The position numbers and the translations under genes were made by a program. Under the pieces are notes generated by a model. It saw only the letters and a list, made by a program, of their open reading frames with translations, was not told the origin of the DNA and did not search any database. Shown piece after piece: positions 47,072 to 56,404 of a stretch of 64,000 nt of DNA. Where the stretch lies: the NCBI GenBank assembly GCA_963714045.1, contig OY970225.1:1775877-1839876 (forward strand), given 5' to 3'. Position 1 is the stretch's first letter, and every line of letters starts with the position of its first letter. This DNA is from an uncultured Actinomycetes bacterium. Lineage in GTDB: Bacteria > Actinomycetota > Thermoleophilia > Solirubrobacterales > 70-9.

Positions 47072-47506
47072 ATGGCTGCCGACACGCACACCCACAACCC
47101 GGCGCGCGGGCTCGCCGCGGGCCTCGTCTTCCTGGCGATGCTGCTGGCCGCCTTCTCGCTCTGGACCGCGATCCCGCTGAGCTGGGTCTACATCGCCTCC
47201 AAGGTTTCCCACACCCAGTTCCCCAGCGGCGGGCCGTACGCCGTCGTCGCGGTCGGGATCATCGTCTCGGTGCTCTTCGTCGCCTGGCTGATCGGCCGCC
47301 TCAACGGCCTCTACGTCCGCATCACCGGCACCAACCGGCTGGAGCCGATCCGGCCGGCCTGGCTGAAGAGCATGCGCGACACCGGTGGGGCACAGGGCAC
47401 GGTGACGGTGGTCGAGGCGGTGCTGATGGGCTCGGTGATGCTCGCCGCCCTGGCCCTCACCCTCTGGTTCTTCCTCGCCGCCGGGTCGCCGATCCCGAAC
47501 CAGTAG
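47072..47506 (+). CDS. hypothetical integral membrane protein
   Basis: 144 aa from the ATG at 47072, after GGAGAGAGGG. About three predicted TM helices. The rest of the 438 aa ORF is the antisense of yebC. Confidence 0.55.
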   Translation: MAADTHTHNPARGLAAGLVFLAMLLAAFSLWTAIPLSWVYIASKVSHTQFPSGGPYAVVAVGIIVSVLFVAWLIGRLNGLYVRITGTNRLEPIRPAWLKSMRDTGGAQGTVTVVEAVLMGSVMLAALALTLWFFLAAGSPIPNQ

Positions 47507-48610
47507 TCAGACGACGAAGCGTCCGTCTTCCTGCATGACGACGCCGTCGACTTCGAGCCTGCCGCCGAGGCGGAGGTCGCAGACCAGGTCGGTGTGGACG
47601 GCGGACTCGTTCTCGCCGCCCGACTCGGGGTAGCTGGTGCCGACCGCCATGTGGACGGTGCCGCCGATCTTCTCGTCGAGCAGGACCTCGCGGGTGCCGC
47701 GGTCGATGGCATAGTTGGTGCCGATCCCGAGCTCGCCGAGGCGGCGGGCCCCGGGGTCGGTGTCGAGCAGCGCCGTCAGGTACTCCTCGCCGCGCTCGGC
47801 CGTCGCGTCGACGACCAGGCCGGCCTCGAAGCGCAGGCGCACGCCCGAGACCTCGCGGCCGCCGATCACCGCCGGCAGGTGGAAGCTGACCTCGCCCTCG
47901 ACCGAGTCCTCGACCGGGCCGGTGAAGAACTCGCCGTCGGGCATGTTGTGGCGGCCGTCGCAGGGGATGAACTTGCGCCCGGCGATGCCGAGCCTGATGT
48001 CGGTCCCGGGCGCCGTCACCCGCACCTCCTCATGGCCCTCGATCCATTCCGCCAGGCGCTTGGTCTCCGCGGATGCGCGCTGCCAGGCGCTGAGCGGGTC
48101 GCCGTCGCCGGCCAGGCAGGCGCCGTAGTAGAAGTCTTCGTAGTCGACCAGGCTCATCTCCGCCTCGGAGGCGTAGGCGCTGGTCGGGTAGAGCGTGTAG
48201 CACCAGCGGAAGTCGCCCTCGGCGCTGCGCTTCATCGCCCGCGCCATCAGATCGCCGGTGACCGACTGGCGCAGGGTCTGGCGCTCCGGCGCCACCCCGG
48301 AGAGCTCGCGGGTGTTGGTGCTGGCGCCGATCGCGATCCGCACGTCGGCGTTGTCGACCATCCACTCGGCGAAGGGCGAGATCCATTCCAGCTGGGCGTC
48401 GGAGGCGTGCTTGAAGTAGGCGGCGATCTGGCCGTCGAGGGCGACGTTGAGAACCGGGTTGGCGCCGGCCTTCAGCACCTCCTCGTAGACCGCCAGCAGC
48501 AGCGGCGCGGCGGCGCTCTCGCCGTCGATCGAGACGACCTCGCCCTCCTTCACCGCGGTCGAGTAGCCGACCAGGATCTTTGCCAGGCCCTCGGTTCTCG
48601 GATCCCTCAC
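47507..48610 (-). CDS. M29-family aminopeptidase (AmpS/PepS-like)
   Basis: 367 aa with overall family resemblance (LAKILVGYS..., EGEVSFH, GIGTNY, HMAVG). Confidence 0.88.
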   Translation of the reverse strand: MRDPRTEGLAKILVGYSTAVKEGEVVSIDGESAAAPLLLAVYEEVLKAGANPVLNVALDGQIAAYFKHASDAQLEWISPFAEWMVDNADVRIAIGASTNTRELSGVAPERQTLRQSVTGDLMARAMKRSAEGDFRWCYTLYPTSAYASEAEMSLVDYEDFYYGACLAGDGDPLSAWQRASAETKRLAEWIEGHEEVRVTAPGTDIRLGIAGRKFIPCDGRHNMPDGEFFTGPVEDSVEGEVSFHLPAVIGGREVSGVRLRFEAGLVVDATAERGEEYLTALLDTDPGARRLGELGIGTNYAIDRGTREVLLDEKIGGTVHMAVGTSYPESGGENESAVHTDLVCDLRLGGRLEVDGVVMQEDGRFVV

Positions 48611-49191
48611 CGTGCCGCCTCCTCTCGGGCGCGCCGCTCGAGCGCGCTCGTCGTCATCGCCATGAAGATCGCGTGGAAACGGGGGTCGTCGGTCAGCTCC
48701 GGGTGGAAGGCGGCGGCGAGCACCGTGCCCTCACGCACCGCCACCGGGTGGCCGTCGTGGGAGGCCAGCGCCTCCACCCCGGGCCCGTGCCGCTCGATCC
48801 AGGGGGCGCGGATGAAGACGGCCCGCAGCGGCTCGTCGCCGATCCCCTCGACCTCGAGGTCGGCCTCGAAGCTCTGCAGCTGGCGGCCGAAGGCGTTGCG
48901 CTTCGCCGTCGCGTCGAGGAAGCCGAGGTGCTCGGCGTCGCAGAGGATCAGACCGGCGCAGGTGCCGAGGATCGGGCGCCCGGCCTCATGGTGGGCGCGC
49001 AGCGCCGGCTCCAGACCCGCCGACTCGATGCCCTTGGCGATCGTCGTGCTCTCGCCGCCGGGGATGACCAGCCCGTCGAGCCCCTCCATGTCGGCGGGCG
49101 CGCGGACCTCGGTTACCTCGGCGCCCAGCTGACGCAGGGTGCGCGCATGAGCCTCAAAGCCACCTTGGATGGCGAGGATTCCGATCAGCAT
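48607..49191 (-). CDS. pdxT: pyridoxal 5'-phosphate synthase glutaminase subunit PdxT
   Basis: MLIGILAIQGGFEAH...GTCAGLI catalytic Cys. I use the internal ATG at 49191. Confidence 0.9.
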   Translation of the reverse strand: MLIGILAIQGGFEAHARTLRQLGAEVTEVRAPADMEGLDGLVIPGGESTTIAKGIESAGLEPALRAHHEAGRPILGTCAGLILCDAEHLGFLDATAKRNAFGRQLQSFEADLEVEGIGDEPLRAVFIRAPWIERHGPGVEALASHDGHPVAVREGTVLAAAFHPELTDDPRFHAIFMAMTTSALERRAREEAAR

Positions 49192-49214
49192 GCCGGCCGC
49201 CCCCGGACGCGGAA

Positions 49215-49256
49215 GCACGGGCGCGAGACTTCCGGATGTGATGAGCGCGCCCGTGC
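49215..49256. repeat. 11-bp-stem hairpin in the pdxS-pdxT spacer
   Basis: GCACGGGCGCG (49215-49225) pairs with CGCGCCCGTGC (49246-49256). 20-nt loop. Confidence 0.5.
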
Positions 49257-49284
49257 GTGAGCAGAGGAGGCGGCCGTTTGTATC

Positions 49285-50181
49285 TCAGGCTCCGCGGTTC
49301 TGGAGCAGCGCGTCGGCGGCGGCCAGCTCGGAGATCTCGAGGCCGGGCATCGCCTCGCCCAGCCCGATCGAGGCGGCGGCGACCCGCTCGGGGTCGGCGA
49401 AGTGGGTGGTGGCCTCGACGATCGCGCGGGCGCGGCGCTCGGGGTCGGCGCTCTTGAAGATGCCGGAGCCGACGAAGTTGCCCTCGGCGCCGAGCTGCAT
49501 CATCAGCGCCGCGTCGGCCGGGGTGGCGATGCCGCCGGCGCAGAAGAGCGGCACCGGCAGCTTGCCGGCAGCGGCGACCTCCTGCACGACTTCCAGCGGC
49601 GCCGGCAGTTCTTTGGCAGCAGCGGCGAGCTCCTCGGGCCGCAGCAGCGCGAGCTGCTTGATCCCCGTAGTGATCTCGCGCATGTGGCGGACCGCCTCGA
49701 CCACGTTGCCGGTCCCGGCCTCGCCCTTGGAGCGGATCATCGCCGCCCCCTCGCCGAGCCGCCGCAGTGCCTCGCCGAGGTTGGTGGCGCCGCAGACGAA
49801 GGGAACCTCGAAGGCGAGCTTGTCGATGTGGTTGCGCTCGTCGGCCGGGGTCAGGACCTCGGACTCGTCGATGTAGTCGACCTCGAGCGCCTGCAGGACC
49901 TGGGCCTCGGCGAAGTGGCCGATCCGCGCCTTCGCCATCACCGGGATCGTCACCGCGGCCTGGATTCCCTTGATCATCGCCGGGTCGGACATGCGGGCGA
50001 CGCCGCCGTCGCGGCGGATGTCGGCCGGGACGCGCTCCAGCGCCATCACCGCGCAGGCCCCCGCCGCCTCGGCGACCTTCGCCTCCTCGGGAGTGACCAC
50101 GTCCATGATCACCCCGCCCTTCAGCATCTCGGCCAGGCCGGTTTTCAGCCGGAAAGTCGCGCGCTCGCTCACCGCGCCCAT
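49285..50181 (-). CDS. pdxS: pyridoxal 5'-phosphate synthase lyase subunit PdxS
   Basis: [13 protein letters not shown]...[10 protein letters not shown]...DESEVLT. Highly conserved family. Confidence 0.96.
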   Translation of the reverse strand: MGAVSERATFRLKTGLAEMLKGGVIMDVVTPEEAKVAEAAGACAVMALERVPADIRRDGGVARMSDPAMIKGIQAAVTIPVMAKARIGHFAEAQVLQALEVDYIDESEVLTPADERNHIDKLAFEVPFVCGATNLGEALRRLGEGAAMIRSKGEAGTGNVVEAVRHMREITTGIKQLALLRPEELAAAAKELPAPLEVVQEVAAAGKLPVPLFCAGGIATPADAALMMQLGAEGNFVGSGIFKSADPERRARAIVEATTHFADPERVAAASIGLGEAMPGLEISELAAADALLQNRGA

Positions 50182-50196
50182 ATTACGGGGAGCGGC

Positions 50197-51048
50197 TTAC
50201 TTCAGTTTGTAAGCGCGGATGCGGTCTTTGTGCGCGGCTTCGTCGCGGGCGTAGAGACCGTGGGCCAGGGCCTGGACCAGCGCCATCAGCGCCGTGTTGG
50301 AGCGGGCGAAGGAGGGGCTGTTGGAAGAGAAGTAGAGGGTCAGCTCGGCGTGCTCCCCCACCTCCGACATGGTCGCGTCGGAGATCGCCAGGGTGCGGGC
50401 GCCGCGGTGCAGGGCGAGCTTCATCGCCCGCAGCAGCAGCGGGTGGGCGCGGCCGGCGGAGAGGGTGATGACCAGCGTGTCCTCGCCGATCCGGCCGAGC
50501 CGCTGCAGCGACTCGCCGCCGGTGCTGGCGACGATCTCCGAGCGAATGTCCAGCAGGCTGAGGGTGTGGCGCAGGTAGCTGGCGAAGAAGGCCATCTGGT
50601 CGACGCCGACGATGACGATGCGCTGCGCCGTCGCCAGCGCCGCGACCGAGGCGTCGACCTGCTCCGGCGTCAGCTTGCGCGCGGTTTCCTCGAGGTTGGC
50701 GTAGTCGGCGCTGAGCGAGCCCTCGAGCTCGGAGTGGTCGAAGGAGAAGAGGGCGCCACCGGCGGCGGCGCCGTTGCCGGCGATCGTCGCGCGGTACTCC
50801 TCGATCGCCGCCTGCTGCAGCTCCGGGTAGCCCTCGAAGCCGAGGGCCTGGGAGAAGCGCACCACCGTCGATGACGAGGTGCTCGCTCTCCGGGCCAGCT
50901 CCTCGGCGGTGAGGAAGGCTGCCTCGTCGAGGTGGTCGACGATGTAGCGGGCGACGTCTTTCTGGGAGCGGGAGAACTCCTCGAAGCGCTCCTGGATGTA
51001 GTCGGAAAGGCTTTTGAGCTGGGGGGACTTCGTCGCGGTCTTGGTCAC
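50197..51048 (-). CDS. MurR/RpiR-family transcriptional regulator (HTH plus SIS domain)
   Basis: N-terminal HTH (LTAEELARRASTSSSTVVRFSQALGFEGY) and a C-terminal SIS domain. Confidence 0.88.
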   Translation of the reverse strand: MTKTATKSPQLKSLSDYIQERFEEFSRSQKDVARYIVDHLDEAAFLTAEELARRASTSSSTVVRFSQALGFEGYPELQQAAIEEYRATIAGNGAAAGGALFSFDHSELEGSLSADYANLEETARKLTPEQVDASVAALATAQRIVIVGVDQMAFFASYLRHTLSLLDIRSEIVASTGGESLQRLGRIGEDTLVITLSAGRAHPLLLRAMKLALHRGARTLAISDATMSEVGEHAELTLYFSSNSPSFARSNTALMALVQALAHGLYARDEAAHKDRIRAYKLK

Positions 51049-51129
51049 GGCGGTCCTTTTCTCCAGGCCTCACGCTTTCCCTTCCGCCAGCCTCAACTCG
51101 TTCCCCGATCTGGTTGGATTGAGGTGACG

Positions 51130-51513
51130 ATGACTCTCGAACAGGCGCTGCGCCTCACCAACCGCAACATGATCGCCTTCGACCTGATCCTGGGGAGCGC
51201 CGCGATCGCCGCCCCGGCCGCGACCCTGAGGGCGCTCGGCCACGACGAGCCCTCGCCCGACGCCAAGCACCTGTTCCGCCGCTGCGGGCCGATCTGGCTC
51301 ACCTTCGCCGCCGCCCACGCGGTCGCCGATCGCCGCGGCAGCGCCGCCGACTGGCAGTCGCTGGCCTGGCTGCGCGGCACCGAGATCGCCACCGACGCGC
51401 TCTGGGCGCGCTCGCCGGCGGTCAGCCGCCCCGGCGCGAAGCTGGGGTTGCAGCTCGCCGGCGCCGCCAACGTCGCGATGGCGGCCGGCTTCGCCTGGAT
51501 GTCGAGGCGATGA
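51130..51513 (+). CDS. hypothetical small membrane protein
   Basis: 127 aa from the ATG at 51130, after GAGGTGA. First gene of a tightly coupled five-gene plus-strand cluster. Confidence 0.5.
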   Translation: MTLEQALRLTNRNMIAFDLILGSAAIAAPAATLRALGHDEPSPDAKHLFRRCGPIWLTFAAAHAVADRRGSAADWQSLAWLRGTEIATDALWARSPAVSRPGAKLGLQLAGAANVAMAAGFAWMSRR

Positions 51514-51514
51514 G

Positions 51515-51844
51515 GTGGGCCAGCTCGACGGCCAGCCGAGCATCCGCTGGAGCCTCCGCGGGCTGAACGAAGAGGGCGACGAGGCCTGGCTGATCCGCGG
51601 GATCGCCCGCAAGCTCTACCACTGCCCCGGCTGCCACGGCGACATCGACGTCGGCGCCGAGCACACCGTCGTCCAGTTCGTGCGGCGGCTCGGCGGCACC
51701 GACCACCACCACTGGCACCGGCGCTGCGCCGAAGAGCTGCTGATCCCCGAGCTGGGCAGCCTCAAACGGGTGCCTGCCTCGGAATCGAGCCAGTCGAAGC
51801 TGGAGAGCCGCGGCAGGCGCCCGTCCGGTCGCAGGCGGGGCTGA
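51515..51844 (+). CDS. hypothetical small Cys/His-rich (zinc-binding?) protein
   Basis: 109 aa. YHCPGCHGDI...HHHWHRRC. GTG start 1 nt after the upstream stop. Confidence 0.55.
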   Translation: MGQLDGQPSIRWSLRGLNEEGDEAWLIRGIARKLYHCPGCHGDIDVGAEHTVVQFVRRLGGTDHHHWHRRCAEELLIPELGSLKRVPASESSQSKLESRGRRPSGRRRG

Positions 51845-52596
51845 TGGGCCTGGTCCGCAGGCTGGGCTCGATCTATGCCCGGATCGGGCGCACCTACCTG
51901 TCGCGGGCGCCCTCGCTGCTGCTGCTCGCGTTCGCCGTCTTCGTCCCGCTGGGGCTACTCGACGCGCTCGCCGCCGAAATCAGCGTCGACTCGCTCGACG
52001 TCGCCAGCGGCGTGAAAGTCGCAGCGGTGATGGCCGCGGCGGCGGCGCTGACCGTGACCGGCCTGCTCGGCGAGGTCTTCTACAGCGGCGCCGTCGCCGT
52101 CTCCCTCACCCACCCCGAGCACGAAAAAGCGCCGCCGATCTCCGCCGTCGCCCGCCAGCTCGACTACAGGAGCCTGATCCTGGTCGATATCGCCTACGTC
52201 GCGATCGTCCTCGTCGGCCTGCTCTTGCTCGTCGTCCCCGGGGTGCTCGCCTTCGTCTGGCTCGGCCTCTCCGGCCCGGTGGTGGAGATCGAGAAGCGCT
52301 CGGTCCGCGGCGCCCTCGCCCGCAGCGTGCGCCTGGTCCGTGGCAACTTCTGGCTGGTCTTCCTCGTCCTGGCGCCGGTCGAGCTTGTCGGCGACGCCGT
52401 CACCGGCTTCGTCGCCGGGCTCGTCCACGACCTGCTCGGCCACTCGATCTTCGCCACCTGGGCGGCGGAGTCGCTCTCGAACGTCGCCTTCACCCCGGTC
52501 TTCGCCGTCGCCGCGGTCCTGCTCACCCTCGACCTGATCGCGGCGAAGGACGGCGGCGCCGGCCTCGAACCGGCCCCGCGGGCGGTGGCGGCATGA
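51844..52596 (+). CDS. hypothetical polytopic membrane protein
   Basis: 250 aa with several TM helices. Its start overlaps the upstream stop (TGATG). Confidence 0.6.
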   Translation: MGLVRRLGSIYARIGRTYLSRAPSLLLLAFAVFVPLGLLDALAAEISVDSLDVASGVKVAAVMAAAAALTVTGLLGEVFYSGAVAVSLTHPEHEKAPPISAVARQLDYRSLILVDIAYVAIVLVGLLLLVVPGVLAFVWLGLSGPVVEIEKRSVRGALARSVRLVRGNFWLVFLVLAPVELVGDAVTGFVAGLVHDLLGHSIFATWAAESLSNVAFTPVFAVAAVLLTLDLIAAKDGGAGLEPAPRAVAA

Positions 52597-53456
52597 TCCT
52601 CGCCTCCATCCTCACCGAGTTCTGGGACGAACACCTCGTCGCCCACGGCCGCCAGGGCGTCTTCCTCGTCCTCGTCGGCTTCGTCCTCTCCTTCGCCTTC
52701 ATCCGCATGAGCACGCGGTTGATGCGCAGCCCCAGGGTCCCCTGGTGGCCGGGCAGCGTGGTCAGCGACAGCGGCGTCCACCTCCACCACCTGGTCTTCG
52801 GGATCGTGACGATGATGATCGCCGGCACCCTCGGCTTCGCCGCCCTCGGGCACAGCCCCTGGACCGAGATCTGCGCCTTCTTCTTCGGGGTCGGCGCCGG
52901 CCTGACGATCGACGAGTTCGCGCTCTGGGTCCACCTCGAAGACGTCTACTGGGCCAAGGAGGGCCGCAGCTCGATCGACGCCACCGTGATCGCGGCGGCG
53001 GCGATGGGGCTGGTCGTGGTCGGCGTCAACCCGCTCGACCTCGGCGGCGAATCGGAAGGGGTGGCAGCGGTGATCGTCTCCGGCTTCCTGCTCTTCTCGG
53101 TCGTCGCGATCTGCTTCCTCAAGGGCCGCAACCTGCACGGGATCATCGGCTTCTTCCTCTTCCCGATCGCCCTCTACGGCGCCTGCCGGATCGGCAAGCC
53201 GGGCTCCGCCTGGGCGCGGCGGCGCTACGGCGAGCGGCGGCCGAAGAAGCAGGCCAAGGCGGAGAAGAGGTTCCCGCCCGACCGCCGCACCGACCGCTTC
53301 AAGGAAGCCTTCCGCGACGTCGTCGGCGGCAAGCCCAGCGAGGGGGTCGCGGCCGCCCGCGACGAGGCGATCGCCGCCACCCTCGAGGCGGGAGCCGAAG
53401 TGCGCCAGCGGGCCGAACGAGTGACCCACGCGGCCGAGCGAAAACGCGACGACTGA
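52593..53456 (+). CDS. hypothetical polytopic membrane protein
   Basis: 287 aa with TM helices and a charged C-terminal tail. ATGA overlap with the upstream gene. Confidence 0.6.
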   Translation: MILASILTEFWDEHLVAHGRQGVFLVLVGFVLSFAFIRMSTRLMRSPRVPWWPGSVVSDSGVHLHHLVFGIVTMMIAGTLGFAALGHSPWTEICAFFFGVGAGLTIDEFALWVHLEDVYWAKEGRSSIDATVIAAAAMGLVVVGVNPLDLGGESEGVAAVIVSGFLLFSVVAICFLKGRNLHGIIGFFLFPIALYGACRIGKPGSAWARRRYGERRPKKQAKAEKRFPPDRRTDRFKEAFRDVVGGKPSEGVAAARDEAIAATLEAGAEVRQRAERVTHAAERKRDD

Positions 53457-53472
53457 TCGGGGTCGAGGAACA

Positions 53473-54993
53473 ATGCGGCCAATCGCGATGAAGAGCGCCC
53501 CCCGCCCAGTCGCGATCGGCCTCGCGGCGTTCCTCTGCGTGTACCTGGGCTGGCTGGTGTCGGGCTGGCCCCCGGACGCGCGGGCGCCGGTCGGCGACCT
53601 CTTCTTCCTCGTAATCGACGCCGCCGCGGTCTACCTCGCCTGGCGCGCCTCCATGCGCTGCCCTCCCTCCTCCCGCCTGCGCTGGTTCTGGCGCCTGATG
53701 GCGCTCGCCCTGATGGGACAGCTCGGTGGTGACCTGATCACCTTCGTCTACGACGTCGGCCCCGGCCCGATCCCCTTCCCCTCCCTGGCCGACCCCTCCT
53801 ACCTGGCGCTGTACCCGTTCATGCTGGCGGCGCTGCTGTGCGTGCCGCTGGCGCGGGGGAGCGGGAGCCGGCAGGGGCGGATCGCCCTGCTCGACATGGC
53901 GACGGTGGTCCTCGGCGGCGCCATGGTCATCTGGCTGTTCGCGCTTGAACCGACGCTGACCGAAGGCGGGCAGAGCCTCCTGCAGACGCTGGTCTCGGTC
54001 GCCTACCCGGTCGGCGACATCGTCCTGGTCGCCGGCCTGGCGGCGGTGTGGCTGAGCTGGAGCCCGCCGGCCTTCCGCCGGACGCTGGCCCTTGTCGCCG
54101 CCGGGCTGCTGCTGTTCATCGTCGCCGACGTCGCCTACGCCTACCTGGTGCTCCACGACGAATACGCCAGCGGCGACCCGATCGACCTCTTCTGGATCCT
54201 CGCCCTGGTGCTGTTCGCCTTCGCCGCCGCGAGCCAGCCCACCGTCGCCCCGGACGGGGCGGTGGTGGCGCCGGTCGCCGCGGCACGGGGAAGGCGCCCC
54301 AGCCCGATGCCCTTCGTCGCGCTCGTCGTCGGCGGGCTGAGCCTGCTCGTCGCCCAGTGGGGGAATCCCTTCTTCCCCGACATCAGCCTGGTGCTGGCGG
54401 CGCTCTTGCTGGGGTGGCTGGTCATCGCGCGGCAGTTCCTCTCCCAGCGCGAGACCTTTCGCCTCCAGGGCGAGCTGCAGGGCGCGCACGACCAGCTCGC
54501 GAAGCTGGCCAGCCTCGACTCGCTGACCGAGATCGCCAACCGGCGGGCGATCGGCACGATCATCGAGCACGAGGCCCACCGCGCCCAGCGCTACTCGCGC
54601 CACCTCTCGATCCTCTTCCTCGACATCGACCGCTTCAAGGAGGTCAACGACCGTGCCGGCCACGCGACCGGCGACCGCGCCCTGCGCGAGTTCGCCGCGG
54701 CGATCGGCGCCGAGCTGCGACCCGCGGACGTGCTCGGCCGCTGGGGCGGCGAGGAGTTCATCGCCGTGCTGCCCGAGACCGGGCGGGAGGAAGCGCTGCT
54801 AGCGGCGGAGCGAATCAGGGCGGCGGTCGAGGGCCACCGCTTCGGCTACGAAGAGGACGCGCGCCTCACCTGCTCGATCGGCGTCAGCAGCTACCCCACC
54901 GACGCGCTGGGGCCGGCGGCCCTGGTCGAGGCGGCGGACCGGGCGATGTACCGGGCCAAGCAGGCCGGTCGCAACCGGGTCGGCCGGGGGTAG
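53473..54993 (+). CDS. membrane-bound diguanylate cyclase (GGDEF domain)
   Basis: An N-terminal multi-TM sensor region, then a GGDEF domain (RYSRHLSILFLDIDRFKEVND, LGRWGGEEF). Confidence 0.88.
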   Translation: MRPIAMKSAPRPVAIGLAAFLCVYLGWLVSGWPPDARAPVGDLFFLVIDAAAVYLAWRASMRCPPSSRLRWFWRLMALALMGQLGGDLITFVYDVGPGPIPFPSLADPSYLALYPFMLAALLCVPLARGSGSRQGRIALLDMATVVLGGAMVIWLFALEPTLTEGGQSLLQTLVSVAYPVGDIVLVAGLAAVWLSWSPPAFRRTLALVAAGLLLFIVADVAYAYLVLHDEYASGDPIDLFWILALVLFAFAAASQPTVAPDGAVVAPVAAARGRRPSPMPFVALVVGGLSLLVAQWGNPFFPDISLVLAALLLGWLVIARQFLSQRETFRLQGELQGAHDQLAKLASLDSLTEIANRRAIGTIIEHEAHRAQRYSRHLSILFLDIDRFKEVNDRAGHATGDRALREFAAAIGAELRPADVLGRWGGEEFIAVLPETGREEALLAAERIRAAVEGHRFGYEEDARLTCSIGVSSYPTDALGPAALVEAADRAMYRAKQAGRNRVGRG

Positions 54994-55089
54994 CGGCGGC
55001 TCGCCCGCCTGCCCGCCCGGCGCCTGCGGGAAACCACGGAGCGTGCACGCGGGCCGTCCCCGATGTGAGGCCGGGCCGCGGCTGGCAGG

Positions 55090-56382
55090 GTGGCTCCCAT
55101 GGGAAACGCTCCCCCGCGATCCGGATCCGCCGCCGCGGAGGTCGTCGTCCTCGGCGGCGGCTTCGGCGGCCTCGAGGCCGCCTTCGACCTGCGGATGCAG
55201 GTCGGCGAGCGGGCGAGGATCACGCTCGTCTCCGACCGCGACTACTTCCTCTTCAAACCGAACTCGATCTACGTGCCGTTCGGCCTCGACCCGGAGAAGC
55301 TGAAGGTGCCGCTGGCCAGGCCCACCGCCCGCAAGGGGATCGAGCTGGTCCAGGGCCGGGCCAGCGGAATCGACCCCGCGGCGCGCAGGGTCGAGGTCGA
55401 CGGCCGCGAGATCCCATACGACTTCCTCGTCGTCGCCACCGGCGCCGAGATGCGCGCGGCGGAGGTCCCCGGCCTCGCCGAGCACGCGGTGACGCCGTGG
55501 ACGCCGGTCGAGATGCTGGGCCTGCGGGCCGGCTTCCAGGGGCTGCTCGACGCCGCCGGCGCCGGCCGGCCTCAGCGCGTCCTCTTCCTCGTTCCGCCCA
55601 ACAACAAGTGCGCCGGGCCGCTGTACGAGATCGTGCTGATGCTGGACACCTGGCTGCGTCGCAAGGGCGCCCGCGAGAACACCGACATCGTCTGGTCGAC
55701 CTTCGAGCACAGCTACATCCAGGCCTTCGGGCCGCGCCTGCACGAGGTGGCCGCCGCCGAGTTCGAGCGGCGCGGCATCGAGGGGCACACCGACTGGGTC
55801 GTCGACCGGGTCGAGGAGGGCGCGGTCGGCTACGCCAACGGGGAGCGGCTCGAGTACGACCTGCTCGTCGCCTTTCCGCCCTACATCGCCGCCACCGCGT
55901 TCGAGGGGCTGAAGACCGACGAGCGCGGCTTCCTCGTCACCGACCTGGCGAGCCGCCGGCTGGTCGAGCACCCGGAGATATTCGCGGTCGGCGACGCCGG
56001 CGACTTCCCCGTAAAGCAGGCGTTCCTCGCCTTCCTCCAGGCCGACGCCGCCGCCGCTCACCTCACCGCCGAGCTGCAGGGCGGGGCGCCGGCGCTCGAC
56101 TTCGATCCGGTCAGCATGTGCGTGATGGAGCAGTTCGACAAGGCGACCTTCGCGCAGGTGCCGCTGCGGCTCACCGGCGACCCGGCGCGGCCCACCGAAG
56201 TGCGGCCCGGCGCCGACGGCGACTACCTGGTCGGCTCCTCGAAGGCCTGGCGGGCCGGCAAGAAGATGCTCGGGCTCTCCGTTCCCTGGCGCTTCGGCCG
56301 TGGCGAGCCGTTCCACGGCGGCAACTTCTGGCGCAGCATGGACACCGGCCTGAAGGCGATGTCCAGCGTGCTCGCCAAGTAG
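55090..56382 (+). CDS. FAD-dependent pyridine-nucleotide-disulfide oxidoreductase, sulfide:quinone-reductase-like
   Basis: VVVLGGGFGGLEAA dinucleotide fold and NNKCAGPLYE motif. 430 aa. GTG start at 55090, or ATG at 55099. Confidence 0.8.
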   Translation: MAPMGNAPPRSGSAAAEVVVLGGGFGGLEAAFDLRMQVGERARITLVSDRDYFLFKPNSIYVPFGLDPEKLKVPLARPTARKGIELVQGRASGIDPAARRVEVDGREIPYDFLVVATGAEMRAAEVPGLAEHAVTPWTPVEMLGLRAGFQGLLDAAGAGRPQRVLFLVPPNNKCAGPLYEIVLMLDTWLRRKGARENTDIVWSTFEHSYIQAFGPRLHEVAAAEFERRGIEGHTDWVVDRVEEGAVGYANGERLEYDLLVAFPPYIAATAFEGLKTDERGFLVTDLASRRLVEHPEIFAVGDAGDFPVKQAFLAFLQADAAAAHLTAELQGGAPALDFDPVSMCVMEQFDKATFAQVPLRLTGDPARPTEVRPGADGDYLVGSSKAWRAGKKMLGLSVPWRFGRGEPFHGGNFWRSMDTGLKAMSSVLAK

Positions 56383-56404
56383 CGCTCGCCCTAAACTGGG
56401 GACG

